DNA from: the human T2T-CHM13v2.0 reference genome, Homo sapiens
NCBI RefSeq assembly: GCF_009914755.1
Contig: NC_060927.1
Strand: one strand, 5' to 3'
DNA: 64,000 nucleotides
Part shown: positions 42,395 through 56,719 of the stretch, one piece after another
Numbering within the stretch: position 1 is the first letter of the stretch
How the letters are laid out: each line of letters begins with the position of its first letter
Position numbers and translations under genes: made by a program
The notes under the pieces: generated by a model
What the model was told of the DNA's origin: nothing
Databases searched by the model: none
What the model saw: the letters and a program-made list of their open reading frames with translations, nothing else

Positions 42395-44331
42395 TACCTT
42401 AAAACTTTTAAACTTTTTGGCCTCAGGACTCTCTCACACTTTTAGAAATTAGTAAGGAAAGCAAAGAGCTTGGTTATATCTATTGATATTTACCAGATTA
42501 AAAACTAAAGCTGGGATATTTTTATATCTCTTTTAAATACATTTTTAGTGGTTGCTCTTCCAGGGTCTTACATATACGTATGTGTGTGTATATATGTATA
42601 TATACGTGTGTGTGTGTGTATATATATATGTATACACACATATATGTCTTTAATCAGTTTACCTTCAAATATTATACAGTTTCACATGGCAGGCAAGAAA
42701 CTTCAGAACAATATTCTTTTGGTTCCTCTCTCCCCTCTTTTTACTATTGTTTTACACATTTTACTCATACATATGCTATAAATATACCATACATTACTAT
42801 ATACTTTAGACAGAAAGTTATCTTTTAGAGCAATTTAAAATGAAGAAAAAATAATTTTATACTTACCTTCTTTAATGCCATTTCCAGTGCTCTTCATTTC
42901 TTCATGTAGGTCCAAGTTTCTTTAATCTGGTATTACATTCTGTCTGAAGAACTTCCTTTAACATTTTTTCCGCAGAACAGGTCTGCTGGTCATGAGTTCA
43001 CCAAGTTTTTGCCTGAAAAAGTATTTTTGAAAGATATTTTTGCTGGATATAGAATTCTGGATGGACAGTTTGGTTTTAAAATTTTTTTTATTAATACATA
43101 ATAGATGTACATATTTCCAGGGTACATGTAATAATTTTGTATAATTTGTTTCTTTCAGCACTTTAAAGATGTCACTTTTGTCTTCTAGCTTGCAGAGATT
43201 TAAGGGGAAGTGGCTCATAATTTTTATCTTTGCTTCTCTTTATGCCATGTTTTTATTTTTCATGGCCTTCAAGATTTTCTCCTTATCTTTGGTTTTCAGA
43301 AGTTTGAATATGATGTGTCTAGGGTTTTTAACATCTGTATTGTTCTCTAAGCTTCTTAGAGCTGTAGTTTGTCATCCATCATTAATTTTAGAAAATTCTC
43401 TGCCATATATTTCAAATATTGCTTCTTTCATGTTTTTTTTTCTCTTTGTAGGATTTCAATCATATGGTATATTAGACCATTTGACCACTTGATATTGTTC
43501 CACAACTCTAGGATACTCAGTTCCTTTTTTTTATTTGTGTCTCAAATTGGGTAATTTCTATTGGCCTATTTTCAGTCGCACTGATTCTTTCCTCAGCTGT
43601 ATTGAGTTTACTGATAAATTTGTCAAAGGCATTTAATCCGTTTTTCACTTCTAGCATTTTGATTGTTTCTTATAATTGTCATCTCTCTGCTAAAGTTCAT
43701 CATCTGACATTGCATGGTCTTCATTTTTCTACCAGATCCATTAGCTTGATAATTATATTTATCATTTAAACATAATTTAAATTATTTGTCTGATATTTCC
43801 AACTGAAGGACCTGGGTGGGGCTTCACGCCTTTCCTAGGGATGTTGCTGTTCCCCTCCTCCATGCCTTGCACCACAACGGAGGTTTCCTCTGGACTCTTA
43901 CCTGCCTCTCATCTTTCTCATGAATATCCAGTAAAGTCCACAAAAAAGAGCCTGAGAGTGAGTGTCAAGCCCCCTTGTGTCTGCAGCTCCCAAGGATTCT
44001 ATACTCTCATATTAGCCACCTTCTATTTTAGCTCATTCATTAAAATTTTTAGCTGAAACTTCTTATCAGCTTGTATGGCTAGTAGTCCATCTCTCTTTAT
44101 ATGTACTTGTCTTTGCTTAAATTTCAGATGAGTTGATTTCCCTGAGACCTCAGCAATCTGAGAGATTTAGGAATGATTGTATGTAGCATCTGGAAAACTC
44201 TACTGTATGTTCATCAGAGAACCAATGTGAAAAAGGAAAATAATATTTAGTATTATTATGAAAATTATTTTAGCTTTGTGGACTCTCCAAAGTATTTTGG
44301 TGACTTCGAACAGAGTCTTTGAGACCCACTG
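42395..44331 (-). mobile_element. Charlie1-family DNA transposon ends split by an L1M
   Basis: aactttttggcctcaggac...caaagagctt...ttatatctattgatatttacc (42400-42545) and agcatctggaaaactc...attattatgaaaat...tttgagacccactg (44185-44331). Confidence 0.68.
42546..44180 (-). mobile_element. Old L1M (ORF1/5' region), containing a TA/TG microsatellite (42570-42645) and a small L1 3' tail (43082-43145)
   Basis: ttgaaagatatttttgctggatatagaattctgg, tttctttcagcactttaaagatgtcac, cagaagtttgaatatgatgtgtct. Confidence 0.78.
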
Positions 44332-44647
44332 TCCTCCATGATTCAAGCTCCACTCACCTTTCTAACATTACCACCAAACACTATCCCCCCTTCCATACTA
44401 TATTCAGCCACACTGGTCCTGTAGTTCTGCCTGCACACCAAGTTCTCTAATGACCTAAGTTTTTGGCCTCATTTCTCCCACAAGGAGTGCTGTTCCATAG
44501 GTCTTCAAATGACTAGCTCCTTGTTATTCTCCAGCTTTCAGCATGGATGTACCTCCTCAAACAGGTCTTCCATGATCACCTTGGTCTAAAGAACCTATAC
44601 ACATACACCTACTCTAAGATGTTTTCTATCACATCACACTCTTTATA

Positions 44648-45256
44648 TGAAATGGTATTTATACTCTCAGCCATGCTTTCATGTCTCTTGTGGCCATGCC
44701 TATCCTTGGTATGAGTCTGACTCGGCCTAGATAGAAAACCAATTCAGTTCAAAGAGCTTTTGAACCTCGATATGAACTATACTTGGCCAGTGAAACAACC
44801 CCACAGGAGTCTTCTTTTTAAGTGATTTTAAAAAAACACAATTAGCTTGTTAATGATTGATACAATTTAATCATTCTTTTATCAAAATTATTTTCAATAT
44901 ATTTGCTTCTTTTCTGTCTTCCTCCAACTTTTCTGCCTCCTGCAATATCTATAGTACCCACAATAGCTTCTGTTGTATAGTAACTCCTCAAAATGTGAAT
45001 AAAATGGCTTAGACTATTTTAATGACTAAATTGTACCAATCATTATCAAGCTAATTGTGACTTTTACATCACTTAAATAAAAAAAAAAAAAGTCTCCCAT
45101 GGGGTTGTTTTACTGGCCAAGAATAGTTAGCATTTAGATTCAAATGCTCTTTGAACTGAATTGGTTTTTAATCTATGCCCAGCTGAACTCATATCAGAGA
45201 CAGGCTCAGCCACAAGAGACATGGAAGAATAGCCAAGAGTCTAAAATATGATTTCA
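44648..45256. repeat. Long imperfect inverted repeat (arms 44648-44875 and 45021-45256)
   Basis: Arms are reverse complements at roughly 80% by eye, with a perfect 23-nt block aaaaccaattcagttcaaagagc. Confidence 0.93.
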
Positions 45257-45969
45257 ACACATGATAAAGCAAGGCTGTTTCAACAGCATGGGAGGTGTAC
45301 TTCTTTGAACAGCGAGCCCTGGCTTTCCATATCACAGTACCTGGCAAAGCTTTGTTTTCTTTTCAGTAATCTTTAGCTTATCTTCCTCAGGCAATGTGAA
45401 AAACTAAAAAGGAAACTTCAAGCCAGGAAGCTGTCAGAAATCCTCTGGTTTTCATGTCTGCTCTACTTGGTTCCCCAAAGTAATATTTCCACAAATAAAG
45501 ATGTCAGGAGTTAATGTAGACTCCAGAACTAGGCAAGAACCCATAATCAGGTGGTGCCTGATCAGTCTCATGATGCGCTTTCTCCCCTGTGGAAGGCTAT
45601 AGAACATGAAAAAAGGAGAACCATGGTTCTTTTTTAATTTGGGATTTGGAGCAAGAAATTAAGTGCTGGTAGTTTGGAGTTTTTCACAAATCAAATGGAT
45701 GTTTTAGAAAAAGCTCTTACTCAACACTCAACTCCCCTAATATAATTGATGACTTTTTTCCTCAGCTGTCTGATTTTAAACGTATGTTACCATCTGGATG
45801 AATCTTTTCTCTAAAGCCTTATTAAGGGCACATATCGGGGATGGGGAATAAAACAAGGGCAGTGATCTATACAAGTCATCAATGATCTGAAAAGTCTTCA
45901 ATTCAGTCCTAGAAAAAGGGCATAATATGGTGGAGAATGAAGAATATAGGGCCAAAATCTAAGTCATAT

Positions 45970-45971
<2 letters not shown>

Positions 45972-46027
<56 letters not shown>

Positions 46028-46033
46028 GTGTGT
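45972..46033. repeat. (GT)n microsatellite
   Basis: Directly visible, with TA interruptions at the 3' end. Confidence 0.96.
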
Positions 46034-46055
46034 ATTCATTAATCCAGTATACATT

Positions 46056-46719
<664 letters not shown>

Positions 46720-47039
46720 ACATTATTGAATTCCTACCATGTGACAGGTACTATACTAGGTAAACAATGGTAAGGAAGATAGACACAGTTTCTTCTTAAT
46801 AGACTTCAGAGTCTAAGAAGAAAATGAGGATACAATTAGATATGCAAATAACTATATTAAATAGAATATGCTATGAGAAAAATAACTAATCGAATATTTA
46901 AGACGAAGACTCAGAGGAGAGATTTTTGATGAAAATGTGGGAGGAACCAACACAGGTTATTTTATTAAGGCTGTGATGAGTAGACAGGTGATCTAAGATG
47001 AAAGAATAAATATAAGACACAAAGAACTAGAGTCTCTAT

Positions 47040-47278
47040 TGTGGAACCTTGTGATTATGTGAGTTAATACTTAATAAGCTCCTATATATCTCTCTCTATA
47101 TATTCATATATATATACGTATATATGTATTTATATACATATATACGTATATATGTATTTATAAACATATATACGTATATATGTATTTATATACATATATA
47201 CATATACATATATGTATTTTATATGTACATGTATGTATATATGTATATATACACAAGATTTTTGATGAAAATTTGGGA

Positions 47279-47320
<42 letters not shown>

Positions 47321-47370
47321 ATATATTTATATATCTTATTAGTTCTGTCCCTCTAGAGAACCTTAATATA
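47040..47370 (+). mobile_element. MLT2 LTR 3' end with expanded AT-rich repeat
   Basis: gtggaaccttgtgattatgtgagttaatacttaataa...(TA)n...tattagttctgtccctctagagaacc. Confidence 0.82.
47083..47335. repeat. AT-rich compound microsatellite/VNTR
   Basis: Includes about 3 copies of a 28-nt unit catatatacgtatatatgtatttatata and pure (TA)n. Confidence 0.92.
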
Positions 47371-47595
47371 CCTGGGAACCTGACCAAGTCAAGGGAAAAG
47401 AACCTAAAGACACTTACATTGAGAGTTCATCCAAAAATGACCTACCCAGATGCCGTGAAGTAAACCTCAAAGTTGACAAGCCGTACCTACACACTCAGTT
47501 CATCCAATCAGGGCATTTTCCCTCTTTTAATCAGGAACACATGACCAAGACACTGGGAGGAATGACTTACATAGAAGATGGAGATCATTAAAATA

Positions 47596-48423
47596 CAGTC
47601 ACGTGTCTCAATGACAGGACTACATTCTGTCAGTAGGTGATTCCATCATTGTGCAAACATCATATCATGTATGCTGTGAGAAAAATAAATAATTGACTAT
47701 ATGAGATTATGAATATGCCATGAGAAAAATAAGTAACTGAATATATAAGACTAAAACTCAGAGGAGAGATTTTTGATGAAAATTTGAGAGGAACCACTAC
47801 AGGTATTTTCTCAAGGCTATGATGACTAGATTGGCGATCTAGGATGAGAGAATAAATATACAAGCACAAAGAACCAGAGAACACTATGATTGAGTGTGGC
47901 TCAATCAAACCTGAGTGATATAGCCTACTACATACCTAGGCTATATAGTATATAGGCTATTGCTCCTAGGCTACAAATCTGTACCTCATGTTACTTTGCT
48001 GAACACTGTAGGCAATTGTAACACAATGGAAAGTATCTAACACATGTGCTTAGATGTGTATCTAAACACATCTAAACATAGAACAGATACTGTAAAAATA
48101 CAGTATAAAAGATAAAAAATGGTTGACCTGCATTAGGCACTTACCATGAATGGAGCTTGCAGGACTGGAAGTTGCTCCGGGTGAGTCAGTGAATGAGTGG
48201 CGAGTGAATGTGGAGGTCTAGGACATTACTGTATACCACTGTAAACTTTATGAACACTGTCTACTTACATTTATTTTAAAAATACCATAATTGTGCTATA
48301 ACATTATGGTAGTTATAACATCACTAGGTAATAGGAATTTTTCAGCTCTATTATAATCATATGGGCCCACCATCATACATGTGGTGCATCGTGACCGAAA
48401 TGTCTTTATGCAGTGCATGGCTG
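47596..48423 (-). mobile_element. Tigger3-family (MER7) DNA transposon with a foreign insertion at 47665-47891
   Basis: TA|cagtca...ggctg|TA termini; tagcctactacatacctagg and ggaatttttcagctctattataatc motifs. Confidence 0.88.
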
Positions 48424-49214
48424 TATACCTAAAGATAACCAGAAGATTCATAATCAGCATAACAGACATTGGAAATAATTTGTACATTGGTGAAGAGGAT
48501 GGATTAGATTTAAAAAGCTATAGAGGAGCTGTCACCCTTACCAAGATGGGGCATAAGAATCTGGTGAGCCAGGAGCCTAATGATGCTGCCACAGTGGTGT
48601 CATTCAGTCTTGTGTAGGCGCACATTGTGGATATTCCTGCTGCCTGATGCAATTAGGTTACTGCTACCTCAGATCATAGCCACATCTGTCTCCAACTGAC
48701 CCTTTCATATATGATATTGGAGAACCTGAAACAACAGAGAGCAGAGTCGGCCATTGGATTACAGAGACTTGTGAATAACCTTTGGAAGTGTGGCAGAAAT
48801 TGGTTTGAGCCTTGCTCTCATGAACGTACCACTTGGCAGAAAAGTTTATACACAGGGAAGGGAACATCTAGCTTGCACCCAGCTCTCATTATTAGGGGCT
48901 AACCATGTTTGCTGAAAGACCTTGACACATGTGAACAAATAAACGGGTTTAGGTCTATTTGCAACACTTGTCCAGCTTGCTTGCTGGATAAACCATATTT
49001 GGATTCAACTTTCCTTTTGGATATAAGCCTTTCTTGTGCTGCCCCCTGCTCAAAAAGTCCTGCCTTCTCTTGTACACCAAGCCCACTCATCTTATTGAAA
49101 CCATTCAAATACTCAGATGATTCATATTGTTTCTTGACAATTCAACTGTAAGCTCCCAAATAGGAATTCTGTTGTTCAAGTTTTAGAGTAAGAACTATTA
49201 TAGCAGTAAGACTT

Positions 49215-49270
49215 TCTCTCTCTGTCTCTCTCTCTCTCTCTCACACACACACATACACCCACGCACACAC
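49215..49270. repeat. (TC)n(CA)n compound microsatellite
   Basis: Directly visible. Confidence 0.9.
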
Positions 49271-49271
49271 T

Positions 49272-49480
49272 TACAATGTACCAGGCACTGCTCTATATGT
49301 AAAATGTGAATCAACTTCTATAATTTTCACAGCAACCCTAAGGGGCAGGTACTATCAATACTCACATTTTACGGAAAGGAAACTGAATCAGAATAGTTAA
49401 GTGAGTTGTCTAAAATCACACAGCTGTCATTCAAACTGAGCCAGGTGAGCTCTAAATCCCAAAACTTTTTACCACTATTG
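49272..49480 (-). mobile_element. MIR
   Basis: atgtaccaggcactg...cacagcaaccct...aggaaactgaatcaga. Confidence 0.75.
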
Positions 49481-49622
49481 TGAGATTTCTAACCTGCAGA
49501 ACTGTAAGATAATAAAAAAAAAAAAAGAAAAAAAAGAACGATTTTAAGTCACCTGGTTTCTCACTATTTGTAATAGCAGCAACAGAAAACTAACATAACT
49601 GTGCTACCCCCACTGCTATTCA

Positions 49623-50012
<390 letters not shown>

Positions 50013-52709
50013 CTAGCGATGCAGAGAAATACAAAAATTATCACGAGAATTAGCATGAGAGAAAAATTACATATTTATGAATTTCAAAGAGGTGACAAGG
50101 GCACCAATCTTAGAGACCAGAGATCTTGATCCTGGAGCAGATTTTGTCTAGAAATGCTTATGTGACATGAGCAAGACTTTTAATTTCTCTGAGACTCAGC
50201 TTCTATATTGAAGAATAAGGGAGTTGGACCGGGTCATCTTGAACTTCTTTCTGGTATAAAAAGAATGATATTTTGAGTATAGTTTTCTTTCTTCCCATTT
50301 ATTTCAATCAAATAATAATGTGCCCCAATATTTCTCTGAGATAGCCACACTATATCATCATGAGCAGTGCTAATAATCAGATTCATGAAACGCACAAGGA
50401 AATACTCAAAGCTGACTTTAAAAAGCACCATCTTATATAACCCTGAGGTTTCCTCCCTCCACTTTAAATGATCCTTCTTAGCAGCTTGCCATTCATCACA
50501 GAAACCGATCACAGAAACCACAAGGGCATTGATCATATTTCTTGAGTCTATGCATTTGTATAATCTCATTGTCTTTATAGCGGGTGCAGAATAAGAACTT
50601 CTGACAACATCCGTTTCCTCTGCTGGGAAATAATAGATGTCTGTATAATACCAGTGATACTGGTCTGATGGCCAGCCAGTGGTTTACAATTTCCAGTAGA
50701 ATTTGCCTTTATGTGTTATTTTTCTAACAGTACTGTTACTATAAAATATAAGGAAGAGTGTACTGGGGAGAAGGGTAGTGGTAGGGAAAGAATAAGAGAC
50801 AGGAATAGAGGTCGCAGTTGAGGGAGCTGCAAGGTGCTTGGAGCTATTTGGCCTTTTGTGCACAATTGATAAAACCGTTTAAATTATGGTGGGTTGTGCT
50901 GCTCCAGCTAAAATTCAGTGGAGAGGATTTAAAAATATAAAAATTAGATGCAGAGAACTAAACAAAGCAATCAGTATGTGCAGAAGTTGGAGGTACCAGG
51001 ACCAGCTTTTGTTGCAAATCTTTGGGCAGATGACATAATTTGGGCATAATATACATCTTTCACAGCCAAACAACATAACCCGTGATGAACAGAGCGTCCG
51101 GACAAAGATAAACCCTGTGAGTCACACGCAATTCTTTTCTCAGCAAACAGTGGAATTACATCCAGCTTGGTTGGTGGAAAAGACAGCCAAGGCATTTTCC
51201 TTTCTTTGAGTATCTTAATATAATGAAGGGATAACATATGAGAGGGAACATAAAGAAGGAGAAAACTTTATTAGAGAAGGAAACATTGTCAAATAACTAG
51301 ACAGCAAAGAGACATAGGGTAACAGATTTCCTGAGATATATCCCCTGGGTACCAAATAAATTACAGGATTGGAAGAAAAACAAAGACCAAGATGAAATGT
51401 AATGTGGGAGTGTAAAAACTGAGAAGAAAGCTTATGAAGAGAAAGAAAAATAGAAATAGGAAAAACTGAGAAGAGAGGAAAGAAAATACAAAAAGAAGAG
51501 GAGGTAGAAGCCTGCTTTGTCCTCCTTTCATTGATGCACATCAGTAAGGGTCAGTCTTTGCACATTTGTTTCATCATTACTTCCACTTTCTCTTCTTTCT
51601 CACTTTTTCCCACTTCAGAATTGGGAAAGAAAGGAACTGCCAGAGATGCTTCCAGGCTCCCCTTTACTGCCATGCACAACTTGGATTTTCTTTGTCTTGC
51701 CAAGACAGCATAAAATGGGGTTCCCTGAAAGGAAATCAGGGTACTGTTAGGAAAGGACAATGAGGTTGAACAACCAAAACACAACAATATCCACACAGAA
51801 TTGATTCTGTGAGCTAGTCTTATCTTACATTGAGCTCCAACCATTCACAGCTTAATGAAGGGGAACTGAAAAGCAAAGATGCTAAAAAATAACAACAAAA
51901 AGAAAAAATATATATATGCAATGTTCCAAAAAAGATGAAGCTTTCCCTAACCTCATAGAACAGAAATAGAAATAAAAGCTCAATGTAGTTTTCCTATCCT
52001 GTGAGTCTGCTTCAAGAATAAAATCGCTAGGTTAATTGAACTCTGACCTCTTAACATTTTCATTAAAAATGTAAAAATATTGTTTGATCATCTCTTGAAA
52101 ACTAAAATGAGCTATACTTTCAGTCATTTTTGTAGTTGTCATATTTATGTTTTCATCTTTTATTATGCCCCCTGACTTTAAGATTTAGGTATACTAAATT
52201 TTATCCTCTATAAACAAATTGATGCTTTTCTATGACATTTCCTAAAAGACAAGTGGCTGTTTTTCTTTTTCCTTTTGGCACATTCTTTGCTGCTTCTTAA
52301 TTTTTTTTAATCTCCAGAAAATGTCTTTCAACTTTTTTTCTTCATGAGAATGCTCTTCAAGTCTCTCAGAACCTGTCATGTTATACTACTTTACATACAA
52401 AATTATACATAATTATTGTAAATGCATTTACAAATGACTAAATGGCAAATGTTTACAGATGCATACTTACAGACATGTATATATTCAATATTTACCTTAT
52501 AAATAAATTTAGTCAGACTCTTTGTTAAGTGGATGGTTATTAACATGTCAAAATATGGTTCTGAGAGTATGACTTTATAACATCAGGATAGTTGATATGT
52601 ACTGACAAGGACTGATGTCTAGAAATGTTAAGAGAAAAAAATAAGCTGCAGATCAATATATATACTATAATCCTTTGAATTTTTTAAAAATATCCTAAGT
52701 ACAGATTCA

Positions 52710-53398
<689 letters not shown>

Positions 53399-53400
<2 letters not shown>

Positions 53401-53413
53401 ACACACACATATG

Positions 53414-53452
<39 letters not shown>

Positions 53453-53474
53453 ACAGAGACAGAGAGAGAGAGAG
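53399..53474. repeat. (CA)n/(CG)/(GA)n compound microsatellite
   Basis: Directly visible. Confidence 0.9.
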
Positions 53475-54304
53475 ATGCAAAATGCAAATTTAAAAGCTCC
53501 AGAAAGAAAAAAAAATCTATCTAGTGAGTACCTTTGAGGAGAGAAGTGAAATTAGGGAAAGAATGAAGAAAAATTCTATTATATTATATGCTTCCAAATT
53601 TTTGCATTTTTAAAATAAAATCAGGTCTTACATGAGTTATTCTGAGACAATCTGGTTGAAATAAAACTGGTAAATAAGTGGTTAAAAGGCAGTACAAAAT
53701 AGTTTCCATCAATGGCCCAGCATCAAGCATGGGCATAGTTTTCAGGGATCAACCAGGGCTCTCTATGATTTAGTGGCTGTTGTTTGATCAATGGTTGAAA
53801 TGTTAGAGTGGAGAGCCTGCTGATTAAGTTCATGGATGAAGCTATGTTAACTAAAACTTTGGGAGCTGTGATTAAGATCCAAACTGGCCTGTCAGAAGTG
53901 AGCTATGGCCAAGTGTGGGGTGTGAGTATACTTGGGAGTGAAGAATGAATCTCTGAAGACTGCAAGGGTCGGACAAAAATACTTGAGTGCCTCTGGATTC
54001 AGTGTAAATCACATGCCAGATGGATGCCTGGAATAAACTGGGTTGCTTTAAGAAATGTAGCATTGCTTAGGCATTTCAAGTTTTAAGACAAGACAGGAAA
54101 GGAAAGAAAGGAACATATCTTCAGAGTTTGTATTCAAGATCATCAGGCAAAAATAAATAAACAAATTACTGAACAGGGTGGACTGTGTATCAGAGCATGT
54201 GCTACAGTGGTAAATAATGCAGACACTGTCATCATCTTTATGGAGATCATGTCTAGCTGCTCTCTTTACATCCAAGACTTCTCTCTTTTGGTCTCTAGGT
54301 TGAC

Positions 54305-54455
54305 TTGTCCAGGGACCAGCAGCAAGAGACTCTCTTGAGAACTTATTAGAAATGCAGAATATGAGCTCAATCCCAGACCTAACGAATCAGAATCTGCTTT
54401 CTAACAAGGTCCCTCAGGTGGTTCATGTGCACATTCATTTGTGGAAAGCACAGGT
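54305..54455. mobile_element. MER5A/B
   Basis: ggaccagcagca...ttattagaaatgcagaat...gaatcagaatctgc. Confidence 0.75.
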
Positions 54456-55672
54456 CTAGGTTATATCTTCCTCCTCGAACTTACCTACCCTATTAAGGAG
54501 AAAGCCTCCTTACTCACTTTGCAATTGCCTTGTCTTTGATTTTTATCTACACATGGATAGCCTCAAGAGAATTGAAAGACATAGGAGAGGTTAAGCAGAC
54601 ATACATAATGAAGGGGTGAATAGAGAGGGGAAGTGCAAAGAGAAATATTCAGGCAGGAGGAGATTATGGGAAAGTTCAGGGAAATGTAGAGACAGGAGGA
54701 GAGAGAAATGGAGGGCAACTGCAAATAAATAAAGAGATGAGGGAAAGCAAATTAGAAGAAGTCTTGCTATACAATGTCTCCATCAGCCATTCTTTGAAAG
54801 ACTTCATAAGAGATTTAAATTTCTTTTTAACTATCTTTGGGTGTCACTACTAATATTTTTTATGTGAAACCAGATGAGAAGGGGCTACTACTACAAACCC
54901 TAGATTTATATTAGTTATATATTAGTTGTCATTTCTTAGGTAGGAGGGTGGAAAAGGCAATAAAAATCTAAGACAAGTACTAAAATCCAGCAATATGCAG
55001 TTCCCATTCTATACCATTTCCAAAAAGGAAGGATTTTTTTTTCATTATTTCACAATGTTTCTGTTGACTTTCATAGATCTCTGCACTGAATTATTTAATG
55101 ATGTTAAATTAGAGCTAAATCCCCAAAGAGCTGTGATTTACCAGTTACACTAGAAAGAGATGGACCAGATAGATCCTTCGAGCTGATTTTAGCTCTGTAT
55201 GTCTATGTCTAGTATGAATGGAAAAAAATTGAAAATAATCTCCAACTTGTGGAATTAAATTACCAGTAAGAATATTCCAGCCTTGGTTTTTAGCTAAATG
55301 AATTGCTTGAACATAAATGATCATTATCCTTTCTATGTACATGACAAAGAGGATCAATTTTGAAGCCCAAATGAATGATAGTGATAGTAAAAAAAGGAAT
55401 TCATAAATCAAACTTGGTAGAATATAATAACCTCAGTACCTACGGCTGCTCTGTATAATCTCCATACCAAACAAAAATCACAAAACAAAAAATAATTTGT
55501 TGTGGAAAATCTTGAATGGTATGAGAGATGAAGTGATGGTTCTCCTTGGAAAACAACTCTCATAAACATTTATTTTAAAAATAGTTTTTAGATCAGGAGA
55601 AAACATCAGAAGGCAACTCTACCTGGCTCTTTTGCTCTTTTTGGTGTTTAATTTAAACTCAAGGTTGGGGGA

Positions 55673-55675
<3 letters not shown>

Positions 55676-55703
<28 letters not shown>

Positions 55704-55980
55704 GACGGAGTCTCACTCTTTCGCCTAGGCTGGAGTGCAGTGGTGCAACCTCGGCTCACTGCAACCTCCACCTCCGGGTTCAAGCGATTCTCCTACCATG
55801 GCCTCCTGAGTAGCTGGGACTGCTGGCACCTGCCACCATGCCTGGCTAATTTTTGTATTTTTAGTAGAAATGAGATTTCAGTATGTTGGCCAGGCTGGTC
55901 TCGAATTCCTGACCTCATGATCTGGCCACCTCAGCCTCCCAAAGTGCTGGGATTACAGGTATGAACCACCGTACCTGGCC
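55676..55980 (-). mobile_element. AluS (Sg/Sc-like)
   Basis: Long poly(T) and full dimer. TSD ggggattctt at 55668-55677 and 55981-55990. Confidence 0.95.
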
Positions 55981-56719
55981 GGGGATTCTTATGACAACAA
56001 AAATAAAGAATTTTGTTTCAATTTAAGCATAGTCTTTGATGCTGCATTGCCCATGTGGTAACATGCAACCCTGCTTGACTTAGATATAGTACCACGCATT
56101 CAACTGCAGAACAATTTCAAAGACTTTCAAGAGACTAGGTGCCCTTTCTCTCTGAGGTAGAATCTAATTAGCCCACGGTAAGAGGCCTTTAAAACACACA
56201 CACACACACACACACGCACACACGGTGAGAAAAGTGCTAAACTTTATTAAAATAGGGTACCTGTCATCAGTTTATATAGCATTTACTTCTAATTGCTGGT
56301 GTGAATATCATGAAGTCTTCCACATTTAAAGAGAGAGAGAGAGAGAGAAAGGAAGGTTGCTGATCTAAATGTGCTTTACAAATGCTTTATCAAAGCTACA
56401 ACATTTCAAGTGTTTCACAGGCTATAATACAAACATGATGGCAAGAAATTGTGTTGAGTTGATTGCTGCCTTCAACCCTCACTATGTAAACCTCCATAAC
56501 ACAAGCACCATATCTACTAGTAGACATGCAAGTCCTTGGGCCATGCTCCAGGGTCAGTGTGTTTTTCTGGCTTGTGGTGTCAGTATATGAACTCTAATTA
56601 CAGTTAATACACTATTCCTAGGTACTGATCTCCAATCCCACAGCTGCCAGATCCATTGGAGAAACTGGCTGAAAGTCAAGGCCAGGGAGTTTTAAGGGAA
56701 AGCAAAATGCTGAAACGAA

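Larger units (their letters stand above)
42060..45000 (+). mobile_element. L2, split by Charlie1, L1M and an inverted duplication (pieces 42060-42395, 44332-44647, 44876-45000)
   Basis: L2 motifs ctctccattgccactgcc, gcctcctgaccggtcttcc, cagccacactgg, ctatcacatcac and tttctgtcttcctcc occur in the correct order. Confidence 0.7.
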
